From Azolla caroliniana (lineage: Eukaryota > Plantae > Polypodiophyta), in NCBI GenBank assembly GCA_043228905.1, contig JBHGNT010000007.1, forward strand, positions 16,492,001 through 16,556,000: a stretch of DNA of 64,000 nt, written 5' to 3'. Of the stretch, positions 49,692 to 59,579 are shown one piece after another. The translations under genes and the position numbers were made by a program. The first letter of the stretch is position 1. Every line of letters begins with the position of its first letter. Under the pieces are notes generated by a model. That model did no database searches and had not been told where the DNA came from. It worked only from the letters and a program-made list of their open reading frames with translations.

Positions 49692-52600
49692 GAGAGAGAT
49701 TCGCAAATATGCGGAAGCGAGAAGGAGGAGAACGAACGGAACCCTTAATTACAATAACATTCGATTACAATATCGAGAGATTACAAACTCTGACGGTTAC
49801 AACCGGTGAGCCGGCAATGGACCCGACACGGGGACCCTACTCACGCACACAGACGAAACACACTGGACCCCGAAAACGTAGAAGGGAGAGCCTTTGTTGG
49901 AAGCACACGGGCTGTCCACGAAGCAGAGGCAGCGAACTCTCGACACCCGCAGAGAACGACGATTCTCGGAGAGAGAGAGAGAGAGAGACCCACACTCCCT
50001 TCTGCAGCAGCCCTCCGTCCTCGCCAACGCGCGATATCTTTCTCCCCCCTTTTCCCCCTCTCTCTTTCCCCTTTTATAGTTCCTATCCCTAATCAAATCG
50101 CTTTATTCCCTGTCCCTTCTGACAGAGATACGCACAATCCCCTAATAAATGTGTACTACTTAGTATTTACATCAACCGATCCATTTATGAATCGTGTACA
50201 AAATATCAATTCATGCGTCCATCCGTGTAAGAGCCGGTTCATGCGCCTTTTTCTCGGTTTCCACCTATGGCCGGTTTTCTTCACGACATCCACCCCCAGC
50301 AAACCGCACATCCACCGGCATGCGCCAGAGACGTGTAGTTACCGAAGAAAACTGGCATCACTCTTCGCTCTCCGATTCTGTGCCAAGCCCGAACTGATCG
50401 TCGTTGTCGCTCCCGCTTATAGGCTCCGGCTCGTCTTCGAACCGCTTCTTGAATGCTTTGATCCGTTTTCCAGCCACCGGCACCGCTAACCGTGCCCCGT
50501 CGAGTTCCGCGAGGTGGTACGTGCCGTTGTTGTTCGCGCTCGTCACCGTGTAAGGCCCGAACCACCTCCTGGCAAACTCTCGCACCGCCTTGTGCTGATT
50601 GTCGAGGCTGCTGTCGTATACCAAGACCCAGTCGCCTTCCTCGATCTTCTTTGGTCGCAACTGGTGCGTCCGGTTGAACCGGGTCTTGTTCCGCTCCCTT
50701 GCCGCTCACAACTTTTCCTTCGCCCGTTCCACGTCCTCCGGCCTCCGCTTGAGTTGCCGAATCCGTGCCGCCATCAACTCCTCCCGGCTCATCTCGTCCT
50801 TCCAATCTACCGCCGCCCATGAAGAAACCGTTTGTTCCACCGACATGATCGGCTTCTGTCCGTACATAAGCTCTGCCGGCATAAACCCTATCACCGAAGT
50901 GTGCATTGTTTGGTCCGCCCATAGTGCGTAAGGAAGGAGCCGCGGCCAATTCCCGACCTGCCCTCCGCATGCACGCACCAACGCCTTCACGATCGGCCCG
51001 TGCCCACGTTCTACCTTCCCGTTTGCCTCCGGATTGTACGTTGTAGTGAGGGAGAGTTTGACGCCTAATCGGTCGAACAGTTCCTCAGCTTCCCGCGCAT
51101 CCAGCTTTCCCCGGTCCGCCACGATCTTCCCGACGCACCCGTACCAACACACTACCTCTTCGATCAGGAACCAACATACCGCCGCGGTTGTCTTGTTCTG
51201 AAGTGCACAACCTTCCACCTGGTTCGTTAAGCCTTCCTGCGCGAGCACCAGATACCGCATTTGTCCCACCCCCATCGTCATCATCACCAAATCCACCATC
51301 CATTTGAAGTGGACAGTCGGAGGGTAGGTCGGGTGAAGCTCGCCCCGGTGTCAGACTACGGAGTGCATCTGACAGCTTTCGCAAGTCGTCACGAACCGAT
51401 GCACGTCCCGGTACAGTCCCGGCCACTAGTACTTCCCCTTTAGCTTCTTGAACATGGCCCACGTTCCGTGGTGTCCGGCCCAGGGACTCTTGTGGTAAGC
51501 CTCCAACAACTCCTCCTGTTCCTCTTTCATTGCCACTACTCGGAGCGGGATGCCGTCTCTCTTCTTCGGGTGCTTCCATATGTACCCGTCCCGAAGAAAG
51601 AATCGGTACGCTTTCTTCCGGATCCGGTTGGTCTCTTCCTTTGTCCACGCCAAGTCCGGTGTCATTGTCTTCATGAGCCCGCCGATCCGGAGCCACTCAC
51701 CGTCATACTTGCTCTCGTCGAATTCGTTAAGCGCCGGAGTGTTCCCCTTTCTGGTTGTCACGTATGCCGCCTCGATGAAATCTACGCCGACTTCCTCGTC
51801 CTCTGAAACCATGCCGTCCTCGTTTTCGAACCTCGCCCTCGAGAGCATGTCGGCCATGGCATTGTCTTTCCCGGAAATGTGTCGTATCTCCGGATTCAGG
51901 GACTTGATGTACGCTATCCTCCTGAGCATTGCCAGGTTCGGCGTCGCGCATCCGGAAACCATGCCGAGGATCGGCAGACAGTCCGTCTCGATTATTACCT
52001 CTGTCCCAATCAGGTAGTCTTTATCGGCCTTCACCGCCGAAATGATACCCTAGAGTTCGCGTTTAACTTGGGTGTATCCTCGCTGTCGCTCACTGAGGAC
52101 CTTCGCGCCGAACCGGATGGGGAACCTCGTGCCAACGTCATCCTCTTGGTTACGTAGATTGGAGTGTCTTTGCCGTAGATAGCCTTTCGGAGCACCGGTG
52201 CCGTGGGAAGTGCTTCCTTCATCTTTCAGACTAACTCCGTGTGCTCGTCTCCCCACTCGAATTTACGCCCTTTCTTCAGCAACCCATACAGCAGCGGCTC
52301 CGCGACGTGGGCGTAATGCGGGATCTAGATGTGGTAGAACATGCATGCTCCCAAGAATCTTCGTACCTCCGTAACCGAATTGCAGTCTTGCTTCATCGCG
52401 GAGATGGCTTCCACCTTGGCCGGAGACAGTTTCTGACCGTATGGTCCACATAGGTGCCCGACGACCATGATCTCTGATTGCCCGAAGGCTGATTTTTCCC
52501 CGGAGAAGGTGAGCCTCGCGCCCTCTAGTCTCTACAGGACCTTCTCGCAGTCATCGATGTGAGTCGCCACAAAATTCCGACATCCGTCCGATCCGATCGT

Positions 52601-55347
52601 CTTGTCCCTTTCCTCCACCGGGCATCCCCTGATCGGGATGTCTTCTAAGAATGGCATGGTGATGTCCGAGATACAATCCCTGAGCACTTTGTTCATCGCG
52701 TTCACCATGTGAGCCACCGAGTTCGTCCCTCCTTGTGGTAGGGTACACATCCGCACTAGGCCGAGAGGAGTCCGCATCGTCGTAATGTCTCTGCTCTCCA
52801 CGGCTAGTTGGAACTGATCGTACCCTGAGTACAGATCACCGACAGAGTAAATCGACCTTCCGGCGAAGGCCTCTGTGAACTCGTCTATGGTCGGTCTGAT
52901 TCCTCCCTTACGGATGGTCACCTTGTTGACCGGTTGCAGGTCTTGAATGAAGTGCAACGTGCCGTTCTTCTTTGGCACCGTAAACCACCGGTTCGAATAC
53001 GGGGCACTCGATGGTTCGAGGATGCCCATCTCCACCTTTTACTTCAGAAGCTCCATCAACTTCGGGATGTGAGCCCTCAGCACCGGAATCGGTTTGAGAT
53101 TCCACGGTACATGCGGTACCGTGAAGATCACCATCGGTTCGATGATCGTCGGGTCCACGCACCCGATCTCCTCCGGCGAGAACGCGAAGGCTTTCCCATG
53201 CCTTCCGAGCATTTTCCGAAACCTGTCCTCCTCGGCCGGCAGTAGAAAGCCACCCCCACCGACCTTGAGCCCCCGTAGGTTACGCTTGTGGTTACGTCGC
53301 ACCGTTAGGAACTGGACCGAGTGACGCCCGTCCTGGCTCTTGACTCTTGCATAGGCTGCACCATTGTCCAACACCTTGGTCTCCATCCGTGCCGCACGAG
53401 GAAGTGTTGGTCGATCTCGACATCGCCGATTTTCACCCGTACGTTCGGACAGGCCCCATGTAGCTCTTCCGTGGCGCGCGTCGCTGCCCGTATCTTCCAA
53501 CCGTGCTTGGTGTTGATTGGCCATTTACCCTTCTTGTAAAATCCATGGACATCAGGTTGATTTCGGATCCATGGTCTACCAACACCACCACCGGTTCCAG
53601 AACATTGCCGATCCGAACAGGGGTTTCCGTAGTTACCCTGGCCCAATGCAGCTTCGTGTAGTGGCTTCCCGCCAACTCGTCTTCTAGGGCTTCGTCTTCC
53701 AAGTGCGTGGTCGGCACCTCCACCGGCTTCTCCGGTTCCGGCTCCGTCGAGAGCCTCTTCCGCTTCAGCAAGTCTACGATAGAGTCGTGGAACTCCCTCT
53801 TGGTGATTCCCAGCACCTCCCACAATGACAACTCCACTTTACTGTCGAGGATAGGTTCCTCCAGGACCTTTCGCAGGTTTGTGGTCCTTTCCATTTCAGT
53901 GCTCAACCGAAACCCCACCTGCTTCTTTCCGTCCGGCGCGCCTGGGTTGCCAGCACTGGTCAGTTTCGGTCCGGACCGGGTCTCATACCTCTGCGGGGGA
54001 CCGACGCCTCTGGCCTTTCCTGCCCGTTTGTCCTCCACCAAAACCTCGTAGTTCTGGCAAGCGGCTTCTACGAAGCCCGTTTTCTCTTCGACCAGATCGT
54101 CCCAACCGGTGACCTCCTGGACCCGCTATTCCGCGCGGTCTGCCTCTTCCTTCTTCAGCCGAACTCCAGAGAGGCCTTCTAGCACTAGCGGCAAGAATCC
54201 GGAGTCCTTCGCCTTCCGGGTCTCATCACCCTCGACCCGAATTCCCGCCGACACTGAGTAGTTAACGGCTTCGACGTGCCGTGCCGCGGCCTCTTCCATC
54301 AACCTCTTCATTCCGCCGCGTCTTGTATTCAGTTCTAGGGCTCTCCGGGTCTCGCTCGCGTGCACCCGCCTGTTCCAGAGGTACACCACGTTGGTCCTGA
54401 GTGCGTCGGCGAAATCTGCGCAATCCTTCCGAATGTGACCGATCGCGTCACACCACATGCACCGCTGCCCAACCGGCGGCCTCCGGTCGCGAGGTTGTTC
54501 GCCGCTGTCTCTTCGGGCCTGTGCGATCTGCAGGTCGCGCACCATCTGTGTCAGTTCCTCCAGAGCCGCTCCTCCAGATGGGCCTCTGACCACGTCGTTC
54601 GATGCCGACCCCGACTCTGACCAGATTCTGGTCTGTTCCTTCCTTTCGGTCGGCACCGATACTGGCTCCTCGGGCCTCCTCCCCGGGACCGGCCTTGACC
54701 CCGACGAGCTTCCGTCGCTCCAATCGCGCCATTTGTCGAAACAGCTGCAGAGCCGTTTTACCACGGCCCAGTCTGCCATGAGCCCTTTATCTGTTTCCAA
54801 TAGGGGACCCACCTTTTCCCTGTCAAGCGCGTCCACCGACTTGACAAACAGTAGTACTCGACTCGTTTCGAGCACGGTTCGGTCCAGCATTGATAGCCGC
54901 GTGAACCGTTTTTCGAACTCTTGGAGGAGCGCCGACGTGTTCCTCCCCTTTCTGGGGCTTTCCACCCACGCCATTAAGTCCCGCCTCGACAGCCGAAGCG
55001 AGTCGTCAAACTCGTACTTCTCGAGGAGCTGTAGCTCGAACTCCTCCCAAGTCTGGCATCCGGCCAGCACCTCGAGCACTTCCGCGTGGATTCTTAGCGT
55101 CACCACCCGAGGGAATCCGGACAGCCGCCTATCCACCGGAATATCCCTCATGATCATTTCGGCCCTGTAAGCCTCCAAATAACTTGTGGTGTCTTTCCCT
55201 CTGAACCGGCCTATAGAGCCGACGATCGATTCAATGGCTCTGTCGAGGGTACCCGTCCCCTCACGAGCGCTTACTAGTCGATCGACGGCCACCGCCATTG
55301 CCTCTACTAGCTCTGATCCCCTCATCTTTTGACTCCTTTGCCGCCCT

Positions 55348-55365
55348 TTCACGTCGGGTTCACCA
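55348..55365 (-). promoter_or_regulatory. Primer-binding site complementary to the 3' 18 nt of cytosolic tRNA-Trp
   Basis: The plus strand reads TTCACGTCGGGTTCACCA, the plant tRNA-Trp(CCA) 3' end as recalled. It lies 6 nt from the 5' LTR. Confidence 0.8.
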
Positions 55366-55454
55366 AATAGATGTCGCGTTGTTACACGCGTGCGTGGAGA
55401 AAGAGGCGGGACCACAGGGGCCTTGAACCGAGGAGCAAGAGAGAGAGAGATGCA

Positions 55455-55498
<44 letters not shown>

Positions 55499-58400
55499 CG
55501 CAAATACGCGGAAGCGAGAAGGAGGAGAATGAACGAAACCCTTAATTACAATAACAGTCGATTACAATATCGAGAGATTACAAACTCTGACGGTTACAAC
55601 CGGTGAGCCGGCAATGGACCCGACACGGGGACCCTACTCACGCACACAGACGAAACACACTGGACCCCGAAAATGTAGAAGGGAGAGCCTCTGTTGGAAG
55701 CACACGGGCTGTCCACGAAGCAGAGGCAGCGAACTCTCGACACTCGCAGAGAACGACGATTCTCGGAGAGAGAGAGAGAGAGAGACCCGCACTCCCTTCT
55801 GCAGCAGCCCTCCGTCCTCGCCAACACGCGATATCTTTCTCCCCCTTTTCCCCCTCTCTCTTTCCCCTTTTATAGTTCCCACCCCTAATCAAATCGCTTT
55901 ATTCCCTATCCCTTTTGACAGAGATACGCACAATCCCCTAATAAATGTGTACTACTTAGTATTTACATCAACCAATCCATTTATGAATCGTGTACAAAAT
56001 ATCAATCCATGCGTCCATCCGTGGAAGGGCCGGTTCATGCACCTTTTTCTCTGATTCCGCCTATGGCCGGTTTTCTTCACGACAACGGTCGGATGGCGGA
56101 AAGGAATACTTTTCCAGCCAATTCAACAGTTATCTACAACAAAAAGGAATTCAGAGAGAATTCAGCTGCATATGCACACAGGAATAGAACGGTGGCCGAA
56201 AGGAAGAACTGATCGATTGTCGACGCGACAAGGGCAATGCTGGAGGAGAAGAGCATGCCCAAATTCTACTGGGTTGAGGCGGTCCAGACGGCCATCTACA
56301 TCCAAAACCGGATCGGAGACAAGGTGTCTGTACATGAACTGTATTTCGGGCGCAAGCCAAATTTGAGACACCTTCAGATATTTGGTAGCATAACATATGT
56401 GCATGTACCAGATGAGAAGCGGAGGAAGCTGGATCCAAAGTCAGAGAAATGCATCCTAGTCGATTACTCACATGAGCAGAAGGGGTATAAGTGTTATAAC
56501 CCCCAGTCGAAGCAGGTCTGAGTAAGCCGAGATGTTGAGTTCGATGAGACAACATCATGTTACTCTCTACCGACTCTGATTTCTGACTCCAACCCGATTT
56601 CGGAGGATGAGGCTAGTGAGCCTGAAACGGTCCAGATAGAAGATGAAGGACTCGACACTCTAGATGAGAGTTCGGAATCGTTTCAGTTGAGCGGGCCGAA
56701 CGAGCGATTGAGTCGAAGTTACCAGTTCGATGAGGAACTGGCGAGTAGTGGAAACTTTGCCGTGCATTCCCCGTGCAAGGAACCAAGGAGACGGTTCACG
56801 TGCAAACAGAAAGGAAAGAAGGTGTTGGAATATAAATTCGACAAAGGTGAGTCGGATTGGAGCGGATCCGAGTCCGGAAAGGAAGAAGGCAGATCTTCAG
56901 GAACGAAGTCCGAACCGGCCATGAAGGGCCCCAAATCAGGTAACGGTGAGTTACCCCGGTCTTCCCGCCTGAAGAACCCCGTTAAGCAGTATGGGTACAA
57001 TGAGTACATGGCGCATCACTATGCATACATGACCAAGGTTGCGGAAGTGGGGGAACCGGAGAGCTATGCAGAAGTGGCAAAGGATGCAAATTGGCGTGCG
57101 TCTATGGAAGAAGAAATGAGGGCACTCGATGCCAACGACACATGGGGCCTCGTTGACACTCCCCAACACTGCAAACCGATCAACTACAAATGGGTGTACA
57201 AGGTAAAGTACAATGTCAATGGTTCGGTTAACCAGTATAAGGCATGGTTAGTGGCGAAGGGATACGCACAGACCCACGAGATCGACAATGATGAGACCTT
57301 CGCTCTGGTAGCGAAGATGACAACGGTTCGTGTGGTATTGGCGGTTGTCGCAGCAAGGGGGTGACATCTTCATCAGATGGACATGAAGAATGCATTTCTT
57401 CAAGGTGATCTTGAAGAAGAGGTCTTTACGGTTTGAAAGAAGCCCCCTGAGCTTGGAACGTGAAAATCATGCACCGGTTGCATAAGATGGGGTTTGTGAC
57501 CTCTAAATCCAATTCGTCGTTGTTCATCTGGCAAGGTCTGTGTAGATGATTTAGTCATCACCGGACCCAGACTCAATGAAATCGGTCGCGTGAAGTCTCA
57601 GTTGTCGGACACATTAGAGATGAAGGACCTGGGGGACCTTCATTATTTCCTTGGGATTGAGGTGATCAGAACCCCCGACAGCATATTGCTCTCACAACGT
57701 CATTATGTGTTGAATATGTTGTACAAGTTCGGCATGACGGAATGCCGACCTGTCTCAATACCCCTAGACCGGAACCAGAAGCTCCGTCCCGACTCCAAAC
57801 CGGCCTGCGATGAGAAACGGTTTCAACAAATTGTTGGAAGCCTGATATACTTGACAATCACCCGACTCGACATCAGCTATCTGGTCGGAGTGATCAGCCA
57901 GTTCATGCAGAAGTCGACTGTGATGCACCTTCAGTGCGCGCATAGAATATTGCGCTATGTAAGCAACACGAAGGACTGGGGATTGTTATACTAGCATGGT
58001 ATAACTGAAGAGCTAGTCGGATACACAGATGCCGACTGGGCCGGTGATACACCGGATCGCCAATTCACCTCTGGTTACATGTTTTCCCTTGGTAGTGTAG
58101 CTGTTGCATGGAGTAGCAAAAAGCAGCCAACAGTGGCTCTATCAAGCACTAAGGTTGAATACCGGGGAGCTATTGTTGCCTCGTGTGAAGCCATTTGGCT
58201 TCAACGACCGCTGCAAGACCTGCGGATCGAGGTGCCGACCCCAATCCTGATCTACTGCGAAAACATAAGCAACATACAGCTCGCCAAGAACCCCCTGTTC
58301 CATGCTCAGACAAAGCACATAGAAGTGCACTATCACTTCGTGCGTGAGCGGGTCCTGAGCGGTAAAGTCGAATTTCGGTATGTTCATATGGATCGACAAG

Positions 58401-58930
58401 TTGCCGACATCTTTACCAAACCGCTTGGATTGGACAAGTTGCAGCACTTCACCGAAATGCTGAGTGTTCAACATCTCAATGTGCCGCACTTGAGGGGGAG
58501 AACGGGCAAAGGCACCGGAATGGGCAAAGGCAAAGAAATTGCCGATTGCACTAGTAAGGCAAGAATCGACAAAGGGGGAGACAAGAAGAAAAAGGAAGCC
58601 GAGTTGACGAAGGAAGTCGGCACATCCGAACAAGTCGGCACAAGTAGCAGCGACGACAGAATCAAGAAGGACAGAGCCGACCAGAAGGAGAAGGCCAAGA
58701 CCCGGACATGGTCTGATGTGGTGAAGGGCCTGAAACCGGAAGACGAGTTGGAGGACACCGACTCGGATAAGAGTCGGAACGAATCGGGAACGACCGATTC
58801 AAACAAGAGTAGGAACAAATCAGAGACAGCTGATTTGGTTCAACAGTTGGATTCGAAGGAGCCGAATCAACTAAAGGCCAAGCGGACACGAACGCAATGA
58901 AAGTCGACACCAACACGAAGGAACCAATGG

Positions 58931-59579
58931 TGTTGCGAAAATGCGTATGTGTGCGTGCTTCGCTTGAGCGGGACCACCGGGGTCTCGGACCGGGGAGGAT
59001 GTTTGCGAAATTGTCGAAAAGATGACGATGCGTATGTAGGAATCAAGGAAACTAATGTCACACTTGAGAAGATCAAAGATTTTACACTTGAGAAGAAGAT
59101 ATATTTCAAGAAGATTATTAAGAAGAAGATTATATTAATGGTGATGATACTGATATCACATATTGAGCCCCCCCCTTTACACAAGCTGTACTAGGGTTTT
59201 TATATGTTTGTCCATGCACAAAACCATGGGCTTGGAGCCATGGTTTCTGTGCACATAGTTTTGCTTTGTGACATGCAAAAAACCATAGGCTTAAAACCGT
59301 GGTTTTGTGTACATGGTTTTGTACGTTTGTTTCCTACGGAATACTGAATATGAGAAAGAAATATAGAACATTTAAAGCACTTAGTAGTAGCTTTAGTGAT
59401 AAGGTAATTGCCTCTTATCTTAGAGGTGCAAGGTTCAAATCCTACTTGCAACCCTCTACATGCACTCAATGCCATTGTGACCTAGGTTTATTTATTTTCA
59501 TTTTTACATGTATTCGTGAAATGTGTGTGGATCCTCAATTTTTGACTTTTTCTCGCACTAGACATGCCACATCATGACA
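58931..59579 (-). mobile_element. Solo LTR (Gypsy E-related) inserted in the 3' region of element D
   Basis: Termini TGTTGCG...CATGACA with a 4-bp TSD ATGG/ACGG. Element D sequence is collinear with element C on both sides. The end CCACATCATGACA equals the LTR end of the 28-kb relic. Confidence 0.75.
59385..59447 (+). other. tRNA-like (SINE-head-like) sequence with Pol III A and B boxes inside the solo LTR
   Basis: A-box-like TAGCTTTAGTGA at 59388, stem CCTCT-n6-AGAGG, and B box GGTTCAAATCC at 59432-59442. Confidence 0.45.

Larger units (their letters stand above)
47325..56084 (-). mobile_element. Ty3/Gypsy non-chromovirus LTR retrotransposon (element E, Phygy-like) inserted in element D
   Basis: The 5' LTR is 55372-56084 and the 3' LTR 47325-50288 is split by a LINE. 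Termini are TGTCG...CGACA. Domain order is gag (CMWCDAIGHIRKDC), PR (LVDHGSE), RT (SNRWFTVPKKNG, LPQGGTNS, FLEDIP), RNaseH, IN (YNPEANGKVERGH, RWFGPY). PPT GCTGGGGGTGGA at 50289-50300. Confidence 0.92.

Noticed and set aside
49709-50489. Long plus-strand ORFs (127-227 aa), repeated at 55603-56054
   Set aside because: They lie in the Gypsy LTRs, are low complexity, and their frames and lengths differ between the two LTR copies.
54457-55170. 237-aa plus-strand ORF antisense to the Gypsy gag
   Set aside because: Expected shadow ORF in GC-rich coding sequence, with no independent signal.
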